This document shows, one piece after another, positions 14,201 to 27,889 of a stretch of DNA of 64,000 nt. Made by a program: the position numbers and the translations under genes. Origin of the DNA: Trichoplax adhaerens. Taxonomy: Eukaryota; Animalia; Placozoa. The DNA lies in contig NW_002060948.1 of assembly GCF_000150275.1 (NCBI RefSeq), positions 1,573,983-1,637,982 of the forward strand, in the 5' to 3' direction. The stretch's first letter is position 1. Each line of letters starts with the position of its first letter. A model generated the notes under the pieces. That model was not told the origin of the DNA and ran no database searches. It worked only from the letters and a program-made list of their open reading frames with translations.

Positions 14201-16286
14201 CTTCCTATATCAGCAGATTTTTCGATTGTCTACAACTTAACTCTCGTTTGCTATTGAATATGGATACACTTTGCAATATCAATACGTGTAACAACAACGT
14301 CAAATAATAATGAATCTAGGTTATTACGGAAGTGTTATATATGGTAATTACTTCTCTTATGCTGTTTTTACTGTGTTCTTTAACGTGTCAATAAATTGAT
14401 GATGGCAACCAATATAAAAAGGAGGCATATAATTGTAAGCTGATGAGTACTATAAGAAATTACTCAGTTGTTGTCATGAAGTCCTTGTATGCAGCAGTTA
14501 CATCGTTGCTACAGAGTCTATCAATTAATGGCTAAGCATTAAGATTTTTATGTGATCCAAGTAGACAAAGACTTCATTGAACACTCTAAAGTCTTAATGG
14601 TCAGTAAAAGAACAATAATCTTCTAAGCTATTCAAATTTTTTCTTTTATTGGCTAACGTCGCCTTACTAACCAAGTCTGATCACATTATTAATTAATTAT
14701 TACAGTAACTGCATACCGCGACTGGTTAAGTACTTATGGTAAAAACTGCTATTAGTATTTTTACCATGACATATTATTTCTTAACTCGCACACTGCTCAT
14801 AATTTAACTAATAAGCTGATGATATTGTTAAATCAGGTTTCTAATTAGCTTAACTTATACAGATATTTTAAACTTTTAGCTTTTTATGATATTACATGAA
14901 TTACTTAACTATCTAAATCGAATAAAGGTTTTGTGATTTAGCTCAAATATCATCATTTGGAACGAAACTAGAACAATATCATGCATCAAATGCATTGAGA
15001 CAAAGAAAGAGAAAAAGACAGTAATTAGATTGATGCTTATATTTTAGAAATTTAATGTATATCATAAGGTCTAAGATTAATTATTCCTACTATAATAATT
15101 AGAATTGTTTTTGAAATTATTATATGCTATATTAAAACGATTTCGAAAGAGATTCTAATTCAATAGGAGGTAGTAGGAAAGGGTTATAGTTGCCGATGGA
15201 TCGAAATCATGTGTACACAAATTTTTAAAATACAATAAATGAGGTTAAAGTTGCCCTAATAAAATCAACTACGTGTTATTCTAAAAATCCAAAGAAGTGT
15301 ATAAAAAGTCATAAATTAATCTATTACCAGAAAAATGATCATATGAATTAAATATCTTATGAAGTAGTCCATTTAGAAATCGATTGCATAAACTGGAAAG
15401 AGTTAACCAAAGATATGAATAATCAAGCGCTATTGAGGAATTCGACGAAAAATGGAAAAATATTTATAATTATTAATTAGATGATCAGAAGCTTACGACA
15501 GTAAGTGTGGGCGTTCGATTTACCTTCCTACCTTATGTAAGAAAAATTATTGCCTTCTAGCAAGCTAAAAGTACCAGTAACGTTGATTTTGATATCTTAT
15601 AAAATCTAAAAGCTATAATTTAAGCTTAAATTGACTCATACACGTAGTCACTAAATTGTTAAAAATCAATAATTTATATTTAGTTATCATCATTCAAGTT
15701 CTAATAATGTCTATTTTTACTTAAAATTAACGAGAAGTCAAAAAATTTTGACCGTATGGAGAACTATTGTCTGTTAATGCTATCTTAAATTATAGATGAC
15801 CCGATCCAATCACCAATATAGAATCAATTTTCTTAAGCAAAAATAAATACCGAATGAAATACAAATTTCACTATGGTAATATATATAAGTACCAATTTTA
15901 GTATACAGTTTTAATTGATGACATTATCAATAAAGGCAATGATAGGAAAGTAGCTCCGTTGGCGTATATTGACTTTGATAGTTACTATAAACACGACAGG
16001 ATTATGAAATATTAATAGGACCGGTACATAAATAATATTGAATAACAAAATAACTTCTGCAGGATAATTTCGACAGAAGTTCTTTCAAGCTAAAATGATA
16101 CCGTGCATTACACTCTTCCTAAATTAATTCACTTGAAATAAATATTACTAACTATTTACTCTTGCATAAAATTGAAAAAAAATAGATTATAAAGTATGAT
16201 GATACTTACACTTAAGAATTATTGTTAAAAAGTAAATCATCAGTATTACCCAGCCTATTTTTTTTATCCATAATACCCTCCTCATT

Positions 16287-16786
16287 TTAAACAGGTGGAC
16301 ATATTTTATAAGTTATTATACAGCGAGATCTCGTGCATCTAAGGCACTTACTCTCGATTTTGCAGTATAGAGCATAATATCTCGTTAACTTAACGACTTT
16401 CAAATATGGTTAATTTGCAAGGTAAATAGATGATTAATGTGTACACATTCAAGTACGCATCAATATTAAAAAAAACAAGAAAGACTTACCGTTACGAAGT
16501 TGAAATAGGATTCTACCATTAAGTATGGACTCGGTGGTTTCTTATTAGCTAGCACATTATCCGATATAGCTTCTGTTGAGAAGGTATCAGTTTTCGATTC
16601 TGCCGTTGGTAAAGCTGTACTACCAATCTGACTATCATTACCGGTAGTATTCGTAGTAGTTAGATTTTGGTCATCAATTTGTTGGCGATATGCAGTCATA
16701 GCCAAAATTGTTAATGAATAAGATTGTAATAGGATGATCATTATCCAACTGTTGAAATAAATTGAATTTATCCTTGAGATTATCAT
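16287..16786 (-). CDS. Cys-motif family member D: ~101-aa predicted secreted protein, 3 exons
   Basis: Exons 16642-16786 (signal peptide MIISRINSIYFNSWIMIILLQSYSLTILA..NLTTTNTT), 16490-16540 (ETTESILNGRILFQLRN) and 16287-16396 (VVKLTRYYALYCKIESKCLRCTRSRCIITYKICPPV*), joined by phase-1 introns of 101 and 93 nt. An alternative donor (gtaagt at 16351) could instead splice to downstream exons. Confidence 0.6.
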
Positions 16787-17706
16787 TTTCCTTCTTAGTA
16801 GCCAAAGTTTTCTTCTTCTTCAATAGCAGAATAAGGCAATCGAGTTGAGTTACACCGACTTAAAAAGCAGCTTATACTGATGGTTGTAATCTCTATAGGT
16901 GGCTAATGTTATTGATTATATATGCAAATCCAGGTATATATGTATACATACAGATAGAAAGGGAAGAATGTAGGCGTTACGCGTTACACTGATCTATTAG
17001 TGACACAATATGTATAAGTGTAAATAGATTTAGAGGTAGAAAGATTTACGTATATGTAGGTATCTGTGTAAGTATGCAAATAGCATTTAGAGGAAAAACC
17101 TAGGCATGTAAGTACTGAGTAGATATATCTCTAGTTGTAAATATAAGAGTATGAGAACTATAAACCTGTCAATTCAAAAGACTGACTACGTTAACGATTT
17201 CAAGAGAATGCGGATTTTTAGAGTGATAGCGCCCAATTTATACATCTCGTTGAACAATTCAAAGCTCATTAAAAATTGATACATCATCAAGCATCAGGCC
17301 CTATCGACGTGGAGCAATTTTAACAATAATCAACCTCTATGCCCTCTAAAGAAGAGCAATGACTTTGTCATATATAACAATAGTACGTATTAAAGATACG
17401 AATTACATTGACAGGTCGAACTTACTTTATCATATAAATAAAATCATATATTATTAGCATAAATAGTTTAAATGATCATGTGATCCGATAGATTAAAAGA
17501 TATTGAAATGAGTAATAAAAATGAGTAATAGCAATGAGTGATCATGATAATGCTTTTATCGACCATGATAATTTAAACATTAATAACTATATATATTTTA
17601 GAATTGATAAATTTGTTATGAAATAAATGAAAAAAGAAAAAAAGTGTTATGTCGTAAGGAGGATTGTAATTAATGGCTATGTGATTGTCTATTTTGTTAT
17701 TGCGTA

Positions 17707-20086
17707 ATGGAGATCAAGAACAGACGGGTTTTAATCTGGTTGATAAATAATTTCCTGGCTATATTAATCTTAAAAATGATAGGTAACATTTAGAATTCAT
17801 TTACGTATGCACCTATCAATATCGATTTCAAAGCAGCCGATATTGCTTGGCTTTTATTTACATTTACATTTATACATAGTGCTATACGTAGGCTAACTGA
17901 TTGTGTAGCTCTGTCTATTCTATGATTCCATTTTTGGAAATAGTAACAAAAAAATATCCATTAAGTAATTATTATACAAAGTATGAAAGGCCATACATAG
18001 ATGATAATGAATTACAGCAAATTAATGTTTTGTTTTAACAATCTTTTGTTTATTGTATATGTATCATTCATATAGCTATTTATATTTGTCATCATTTTCT
18101 AATACAGATCAATCTATCTATCTAAACACTCACTCCTGCATACAGAAATGCTCTATCACGTAAGTGGTGATACTTGTCATTATCGTTGTTGCTTTCTGAC
18201 TAATGCCTAATATGTAAATCTAGCCTAAATTGGCATGCAACTGCACATAAAACAAATATTCCAATAATGAGTATAAATCTTGATTTCAAGGCGGTAAAAT
18301 AAATTATAATTAGGAATAAGATAAAACTTTTTTTAATTAATAACCGGCATAAGTACTCCTCTTACTTACGGCTCCGTCGCATATTGATACTTGGCTCATT
18401 TATGCACGTATTCAAGACATGTTACGTTAATTATAATAAATAGAAATTTAACCCTCGTCATAAGGTTTCCTAATATGATCATAATTTACTTTGAATAGCT
18501 GAATAGTTACGGTGTTTTGCTACAAACAAAAAAGTCTCCTCCAGATGTAGTTATTATTTTCTATTGCTACCGGTTTAAAACTCTAATATGCTAACGTAAT
18601 TGTTGATCGTAAATTCTTTTATTTTTCTATTCTAGAGTTTTTTACGACTATTCCGCGTTTCCATTGCTAAGGTATTTTATACATGTCAAAAATTTAAATT
18701 CATTGCCATCCTACTTCTTTGATTAATATCAGTCAGATGAAATAATCATAGTTATTTACTGTAATTCTATCATGATGTATGTATACGATTAGAAAGTTTT
18801 GTATATTACAGGCTTCTTTTCAATGACTGCCCACATTAAATTACATCATTTATTTTATTGATAACCAGCAAAGTCTTATTATTTATATCCGTAGTACAGG
18901 AAGAGTCCTAAAGGAGGAAACAGAAGTCATATTACATCTATCAGAAACTGTTTGAACTTTTACTTGTTTTATTGAATTCATGTCTTTGATTATTGCCTCG
19001 GAACAGTTGTAGCCTATTTATTATTTTTCTATTTTTTCTTTTGTATCAGTATATTGCTATATTATGAAAGAAAGGGTACCGATATCCTACTTAGATAATA
19101 TTATACAACCACCTATTAATAATACAGTACAAATGTAAAGCCAAATATAAAGGATAGCTAATGAATCATGCCAATTATTAGATATTTATTCTACGGTAGA
19201 CTTTCTACTTATTGATAGTTCAAACTTTGCCTCAATACTCTAGATATTTAGTTAATTATGAATTTAAACTCATTTCTTAATAACATAAGACTTGCGATAA
19301 TTAAAAAGTCATCAAGTTTGATCCTATTAATATTTAGCAATTGATTTATCATATTATGGCTCCATTTTCTGTTGCACACGCAATTTGCTAAGATATCAAA
19401 GGAATTACAATCAGAGTCGAGCGTATCATTAACTTGTACCTATCATTTCTTGGAAAGTTATTTATAGCATCGGATAATTGCAAACAGATTGTAAGCCTAA
19501 AAAATACTTTATCAGCTTCGTAAAATCATAGTCGATTCTAGTAGGTTAAAGTTATTAATATTTTTACATAGCGTTAAATTAAATTGTAAAAAATTTGACT
19601 TCAATAGCATCCATAGAATGAGATCGATTACACTCGTACTCAACGAAGGTAAAGGCGTATCTAATATATAGTCCTTCTTCAGTTTTCAATGATTACTGCA
19701 TTCTTTTTTTAAATTATACAGAACAGATGATGTAGTAATTAAAACTTTTCTTAATTGTATTGACCTTTAAATATTTAAATACTTAAATATTCCTCGATGA
19801 TAGTGAAGGAACAAATATTTATCATAAAATTCCAAAAGAAATATTTGCAATAGTACCAATTAGACGGAAGTAACTACGTCATAAAATATAGTGTTAGCTT
19901 TTTTAGTCATCTTGATCGGTTTTAATGTTTAAAAATCGTTACCAGTAGCTATAGCATCTATCTAGGAAGAATTTTTACTGTTACGGACATCTTATTCAAA
20001 AAATATGTCATCCTGATTGTTCACCTAGCTACGGTTCCTGCGTCATATTACTATACTATATACGAGTACTTTCCTTATATTCATAA
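17707..20086 (+). CDS. Cys-motif family member B: ~167-aa predicted secreted protein from 10 short exons
   Basis: Exons 17707-17782, 18108-18159, 18636-18671, 18900-18949, 19050-19075, 19468-19490, 19608-19648, 19722-19734 (or -19731), 19804-19869 and 19966-20086 are all GT-AG and phase-compatible: MEIKNRRVLIWLINNFLAILILKMIDQSIYLNTHSCIQKCSITVFYDYSAFPLLRKSPKGGNRSHITSIRNLYCYIMKERHRIIANRFIHRMRSITLVLNEEQMMYEGTNIYHKIPKEIFAIVPIRRKKNFYCYGHLIQKICHPDCSPSYGSCVILLYYIRVLSLYS*. Confidence 0.65.
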
Positions 20087-21657
20087 GATAGGTAATAAAG
20101 AATTGCCTACCTTCATATTAATTAATTTAATTAGAAATAACATAAGCATTATCTTAAAAGTTGTTTCTTGACTGTATTTAGATGATTGCGAAATGTTGCA
20201 ATTAACGCGAAAATTAGATTTATTAAGATGTTTAAATAAAAAATTCTAACCAATAAGATTGGTGTAATATAAGTCAATACTATTAGAGTAAGGATAGTAA
20301 TACTTAATACATTACCGGCACTAATATTCTAACTAAATAAGCGTAGATCATAAGAGTACAGTCGACAGGTAAAAGCAATTAATTAATTCATTGTAAGCAA
20401 ATTCTGAAAAGTAATTTGACATTTTTATATTGTATGCTGTATTTATATTGCATGGAAGGAGAAATATGTGATAAAATGACTATTAGAAAAATTTTAAGGA
20501 CAAGCAATAAAAGTAATCAGGAAATTATTTTCCATTTTATTATATTACTGTAACTGAATGGATTGCTTTTTCCCAAATGTTTAAACCTTGATCGTACTCT
20601 TAAAGGTTTTATTATTAGCGCTTTATATTGCGTTTTTGCATTTCCACTTTGTCTTTATTATAGGCATCATGATGATCATGTCAGTTGACGAGCGCTAAAG
20701 AAATTTATTTAGTTAGCTAATTGAGTCTAGATTTTTTATTGACTTTCACGATGTAAAAAGGGTTTAATATCGCAGTAACAGAAATTAAGTAATGTCATAA
20801 TCATACAAAATATCGTCTCTCTCTAAGTATGATATTTATTAGAGAGAAAAATAATTATTAGGTATATACAAACAAGGCTATGGTGTTGCAATAATAATTA
20901 ATATGGTGCTTGACGACTATCCTTATTTTATAAAATAAATTTGATTATTGTATTAAACTACCGTATTTACTATAGAGTGATATTTGCGTAACCAGACAGT
21001 AAGGAAATAGTAATTACGATGAATTGAATATCATCTGATCACTTCTAAAGTAAATGTTTCAATTACAGGATAGGTAGCACCTAGGTGATCGATAATCGTA
21101 AGACATTTCCTCATTGCATTTAGGAATAAAGCCACAGTATAGAGATCGGTCAAGATTATCGAAATGTTACAGTTCCGGAGTGGAAATTTTTTAAGGTCTA
21201 CTTAGATATATTGTAAAATTACTGAAGCTCTTGCATTTCCAAAACAATTGAATTGTTCCTTTTCAAAGTAGACAGTTACATTCTGTAATAACTTGTAGCT
21301 ATAGAAAAAAGAGGCTAAATTCACTACCGTATTGAATCACGGATGATCATGGAATAAAAGGATAAAAGATTTTATCAATTCCCATATATAAAAATGTAAA
21401 ATACGTGAAATACTAGTCTTAAATTTTTGGATAAAATTTATTTTTAACATCTTTTTGATTTCACGAACGTGATCCATCCGGTTCTTTGTCAGATATTACA
21501 AGTAGCCCTTATACGCTGTATCATTTTACATAGGATTGAATGATATACTATAGAAATATTTCATATTCTTTAGTAATTACATAATATCAATTCAAAGTAA
21601 TTGAAAATTTCTAGATATTTTGGATTTAACTTCGTATCCACTCTGTCTGTTCACAAG

Positions 21658-22894
21658 TGATAATACGAGTTTGTTGTTGTATCTGCAATCAGCTAACTAA
21701 GGACAGAATACGACATCAAAAGGTATTAAAAAATATCCGTTGCTTACTACAAGTAACATTTCACTATAGTAAATATATTAAATTTATGTTACATAACTGA
21801 GCCCGAGAATTTACTCAATAAACAATGTTAGTTTATAAGATTTAACAATGTGGAATTAAATTAATGTTTCTGTCCTTTCGATACGATAACTGATAAACAA
21901 ATTATTTTTCGTGTTGTATTATGTCTTAATATTAATTATCGTCTGCTTTTCTTATCGAACAACTGGTAATAGATACATGCAAAATCTACATAAGTGAAGT
22001 TGTTACTATTAAGTTTCAAGTCACAAGCTTTTTAGTATAGAAGTATATACTCATATGTGTTGCTAGTGGATTTTTTCATAAAAGTCGGTCTATATATAGT
22101 ATTTTACTACCGTTTGTTTTCTTGTCTTCAGATATTATAATTTTTGAACAATAAAAATGCGACAATGAATAATAGCGATATTTTTTTATCTCGTTTAGTA
22201 GAGGAAATAATGCTGAAAGACTTAGAATTCACAATTTGCTTAACAGTTAAGACAAAAGTTAATGTATTTTGCCAGTAAACGAGCAGTAAGCAGTAGATAA
22301 TACTTGTATTAGAGCACAATGAATTGCTGACTACAGAATTAGAACGATCTTACCGTGAGAATTCGTCAAATTATGAATTTAAAGTAAAATCTGGATTTTG
22401 TGAGCTCGATTACTTAGATTCACTGCTTACGTAGTCAATCGGTTACACTGACGCAATAGCTCTTAATACTGTTCAATGACGCAAATTTGCCCCATGAAAA
22501 TATACGCATAAATTCTTATTTAACGCATACCGAATATGAAAATGCAGTCTATAAGAATTTGAAACTTTAATAAGGCGAAAAAACTTTTTAAATATTTTAT
22601 GTAAAGATGAGATATCCCAGGAAAAGGATTTAAACTGTTGATATGGGTATACTTATCAAGGATTATGATACTTTATCAAACTACGAAAATTAATTATTCG
22701 ATATACGAATAACCATCAGATCCTTTTATCGAGAGTATTACATTTACGAGCCGTAATTAGAAAAATAAGTGAAAATATTCACGATTTGAGATTGAAGGGA
22801 GAGAGATTGTAGCCAATGTTTATATATCGCTCACTACCAAGAGTTATTCTGTTATTTACTTTATTATGTATATTATAGTCTCCTTAGTTATTGA
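21658..22894 (+). CDS. Cys-motif family member C (3' exons; 5' end unresolved)
   Basis: Exons 21658-21722 (IIRVCCCICNQLTKDRIRHQK), 21802-21826 (PENLLNKQ, weak acceptor), 22199-22274 (LEEIMLKDLEFTICLTVKTKVNVFC), 22337-22354 (QIRTIL) and 22798-22894 (PERDCSQCLYIAHYQELFCYLLYYVYYSLLSY*). The C-terminus resembles member B (CVILLYYIRVLSLYS). Confidence 0.55.
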
Positions 22895-24170
22895 CTGACC
22901 TGCATTGATTGATATCAGTTGGCGTGTTACGTATAAATTTCATCTTTATACAATAAAAAAGAGAATGTTAGTCCTTCTATCAAAATAAATTTAATAATGC
23001 ATCATAATACATCGTCTATGCCTTCTAAATCTATTCTTGTCTCATTGCTATCTGTTTAGTTATCGTAATGGCTAGTTAGGCATTATTTTTTCCGATGAAG
23101 TTGAAATGAATAATATATATTTTAATTAAATACAGGTAAGTTTCGCTTATTTCTTTCTATATATTAGGAAAGTTAGGTAAAGAATATTTAATTTATCTAA
23201 TTTTCCTTAATGTTAATATCAGTTAACTATTTACCTGTTAAAAAATAAACTCGTTTAGGTAAATTAGATTTATAACATAAAGAAGCGAAAAGAGAGCGAT
23301 ATTTTTAACTAGTTACTGTAGTAGTTATGCATCGTTTAAAAATGGATGGTGAACGTAAATTTTACCCTGAGAGAGCCTTACTAGTATTGAATTGTGCCAT
23401 AGTAATAATAGTAACAATACGATATACTAGTATGTTATGATTAAGACGTTAAATATATGCGTTCAGTTGGAAAATGGATAAAAATTGCTTTTTTCTATAC
23501 TCTTAAATCGATGGTATGCAAAATTTGACGATAATAATCGATTTTTTTTACAATATTAAAAGCACAGGTATGATAAAAGACAGTATATATGTCTAAATGC
23601 ACTCTTTGTATATATTTATGATTTTTTGAATAAGAAAGTAGACTTATACACGGTATGAAGATCGTGTTATCGTAAGAAAATGTAATCGGATTTTCTATGT
23701 AATAATCTATTAGGGAGCAGACAAAGAAATTGATTTTATTATTTTTGCCAATACTTTTACAGCTATGATAATTAACAAGACATAATCTAGCTTCTTATTT
23801 TTGAACAATAAATATTCTTATTATTAATAAATGTAGATTACTAAATCTCAAGACACAATACATATCAGCTGTCACTTATTCCTTAGTAAACTGAAATGAT
23901 AGACAATAAATGATAACAGAGTTGAATTGAATGTCTAAATGAAATTTATGTAGATACATCAAAAATATTGATCATCACGGATAGGTAACTACATGTTGAA
24001 AATATATTTATTAATTGTATATGACGTCATTGGGATAATAATTTAAAGTGGATTATAGAAAGTGGCGGTATCTTGTACCCCTTTAAAATGTGATGAATTA
24101 TGCTAATTACCTGCTATAAGCCTATAACTTACAATATATAATTAATTACATCATAAAATATTTAAAAGAG

Positions 24171-27100
24171 ATGTCGAAAACATTAGTCTATAATACTTAG
24201 GCAATATTACTGTTGAAAATTATTTTCTCCAAGGTAATTTATTAATTCATTTATATCCTATTGTGTAAAAAGTAATTAATATGGTTACAAGATACACAAT
24301 AAATAAATAAGTTGGTATCAAAGGTGTTTACCGCTCTGCTATATCATCTGATATGATAGATTTACTGAGATAGCAAATGTACTAGCACTCACGTAATTAA
24401 CTGTAAACATTTTAAAAGCAGAGGTTTACAACAGTACCCTATGTTATGATGACATTAGTTAGACATCAGAACATTACTGTGATAAGTGTACTGGAAAAGT
24501 AATTCTAATCGATTGATCTGTCTTCAATAATAAGATTGTTGGCAAGTTCTGCTAAAATATATTTACTCATTATCGTTACTAATTGCAAAGATTTTATTGT
24601 TAATATTCAGCTAGGATATTTTTACTTTAATCATCTGCGGTAAATAGTTAAAAATTCATATAGAAAAGACAAGCTCGTACCTCACGAAGTAACAAAACTG
24701 CAACGATAAAGGCATCTTATGATGGTATCGAGTACTAATTAAGAGGATAGCGGATTAATAGGGCTACGAATAAGATGTTATAAGAATCTACTACCGAATG
24801 AAATAGAGAATAGAAGAAAGCTGCATGAACTTTGCTGACCTCTTGCTAAATTAACAATATATGTAAACGTTACTAACATCAATGAGACAGGAAAATAGTA
24901 GAAAGTGTATAACTATAATTGCTTCCGAGTAATTTACTTGATGACAATTAAAATCTATTGTAATTTAATATAGCCTGGGAAGATTTTAAATACAATGCTT
25001 CTTTGTCAATTGTATTGATCAACCCGAAACATGGCCAAACTTCATTTTTTTGGGTGAAAACGTCAAATCAGCCAGTTTGTTAATTTAATGCTTTTCATTA
25101 TTAACAATATCAAAAACGAAAAAATTTTAATATTTTATGCAATTGATTTACTTTACTTCGCTACTGTTAAGCAACTGAAACAACACTAAGCAAAGCAATA
25201 TGTCTTTATTGTACCTAGCATAATTAGTTAATTTCCTAGCACATGGATTCGTATTAAGTAGCTTGTAGGTAGAACATTTATGATAACTTGATTGCATAAT
25301 TTATGATGTAATATTCTACTATTTTAGTATTACATACGCATAAGATATTTTTCAATGACGACTTCAATTAATTACGGTTGATTTAGTTTATCAATATCTG
25401 AAGTATCTATGAATCCGGAAATTATATTTTCTAATATTTTGGCCACTACTATGACGATACAAATAACAGGACGGATGCTATTATTTTGGAATAACTTTAT
25501 TTTTGTCTTTTACCTGTCTACTGAATGGCATAATACAGTATCAACTCATCGATGCTGGTATTTAATCCTGCGGAGTGTATGTCACTGTCAAATAACCAAT
25601 TTAATATTATTATCAATTATAGGCGGTTACAATTTACCGGTACTTTGTAGATGACAAAGAGTAGGATGTTTTTAGTGCTATGAAGCACTTAATTTCATTA
25701 ATCTAAGATAGTTATTAACATCTTCAAGTTTATGGGATGTAATGCACCGTGCTACAATTCTTGTATTGGAGCCTCTGAACAATAATATAGACTTGCAGTT
25801 TAAAAAAATATTTTTGTTGATCTGTAGCTATGACACAACAACTGCATTAGATTTATCAATATAAAATTAACGTAACCCGTGATTTATCTATAGACACGCA
25901 AATCACAATTGTCAGTAATGTTCTACTATCCTATAGGAATTAAGTATTTTTCTGAATAAAATAATTAAAATTTATAAAGGAGTAAGAGAAGTTTTATCCT
26001 GATATAAATGGGCTTGTATCAATACGAGTTGTATACTAGGATATTTTTCATTTCGTTAAATATTCTTGATGGACAAGTGATCTATAATACCTACTGTTCA
26101 AGCGATATACTGGTAACATTTATAATACTGTGGAAGGATTGAATATGTGTGTCATGAATTATGCTACTGACAGAGGAAAGAGTAAGTATACATGGAAGCG
26201 ACTTTCCTAGTTGACCTTGGCTGATTATCATATGTAACAATCAAAAATTTTAATTATTTAATCTCATCTTTTACTCGCATTAACTGTTTATCATAAACTT
26301 CCGTGCTAGAGCTAATATTTTGACATTTTATGAACATTTATAATTAATAAATTTTACAAAAACATACAATCTTCAAAAGCAATTTGTTATCATAATATAA
26401 TTTTTAAACATAATATTGAATTTTATTGATTGTGGTTGATGTGCCGTATCGATTATCCGATACCTTGCATCCTTCCTTTTTTCACGAAAACACAGGAAAG
26501 CAAATACGTGACGCCGATGTAAATTTAAGTGATTTTTTTGTTTGTAAATATTGTAAGGATAATACTTCTTCCTAGCGGAGATAGTTACTTCTTAGACTAT
26601 TTAGATCATACATCAATGTGAACTTGACTCGTATGTATTATATGGTGTCGGAAAATTCGTTTCCGTTTCGGGTTTTGATTTTTATAATGATGATCGAATA
26701 GCTGTTTGGATTTAATAATAGGCAAATTTAATGTATTTAGAAAAGAAACAGTCAAGTACGATATATTAAGTAGTTTATTCCTCAATGTGCGCAGTAGGAT
26801 ATCCTAACTAATAGAACGGTAGGGATTAACATGTATGGCTATAACTTTAAAATAATTTATTCATTGTTAATGTATATGATAGCATAAATGATCAAAATTC
26901 AGCACTTACAATTAAATATCAATAGAGATAATAATTAATATAAAACTGTTGAAAATAATTAATTATGTCAACTCATGAATATGACGCCTTCAATTCTCAT
27001 TTTATTTTTAAGTATGCCCATCAAATATATTATACAAACGTTAAGGATAGTAAACAATTATCGCATGATCATAATCCGAATAACATTTTAGGTTACATTA

Positions 27101-27889
27101 TTGACGCAATAAATCAGTTATGTCAATTAGAAGGCGTTGTGCATAAATTCACTTTCATTAATAATATATATAATTTAGCTAAGCATTAATCATTTAAGTG
27201 ACGTAAAAATATCTTAATTTACGGTATCATGAGAACTTAAATAGTTTACTTTACTTGAAGGCATGGGTTACTTGTAGAAGCTAGTTGTATAATAAATATT
27301 TATTGCAATATCAAGTAATGCTAGGTAGGGAAAGTATGTAGTAGTAAGTAGGGCTAATTTCATTGTACATGTGGTCATGTCAGACTATGTGTAATATGTC
27401 CTATTAAAATTCGATTTAAAGTATAAAAGTATTAGGTCAAAGTCTAATCAATTTATAATATTTATTTAATATCGGCTTACAGAAAGGTTGCAATAAAGTG
27501 CTATTTTGATAGTTTACATTAAAATCCGGAGATATTTTATTTTTACATCTTAATACTGTACTTTTATGGTAATTATCATAACATTATTCCTTAGATCGAT
27601 ATATGAAACATTTTACCTAATGTAATCGAGCAAAAGGATGTAAAATTCTTAATATATTGATGGGATAGAATCAAGTAAATAGTGATGCTTTGGTGTAGTT
27701 AGTATAGGTAAAATAACAAGGACTACATAATTGGTTTTCCTAATAGAATCCAGGATAATAAAATTTTAAAAAGAATCGATTAGAAAGTGTCCCTTGATGA
27801 TATCCACGGATGAGATGGGATATTATTGTGTTAACTGTATGAGGCGAAGATTTGCTACATGGAATACTTGGTATTTTCATTCTACTTGA
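24171..27889 (+). pseudogene. Cys-motif family member E (one or two genes); the signal-peptide exon has an in-frame stop
   Basis: 24171-24233 reads MSKTLVYNT*AILLLKIIFSK (compare member B LINNFLAILILKMI). Exon 26103-26181 reads RYTGNIYNTVEGLNMCVMNYATDRGK (C-x6-DR). Terminal exon 27784-27889 reads KCPLMISTDEMGYYCVNCMRRRFATWNTWYFHST*. Intermediate exons not fully resolved. Confidence 0.4.

Noticed and set aside
16466-16786. Classical neuropeptide precursor
   Set aside because: A signal peptide is present but there are no repeated peptide units with G-K/R amidation and cleavage sites; better explained as a Cys-motif family member.
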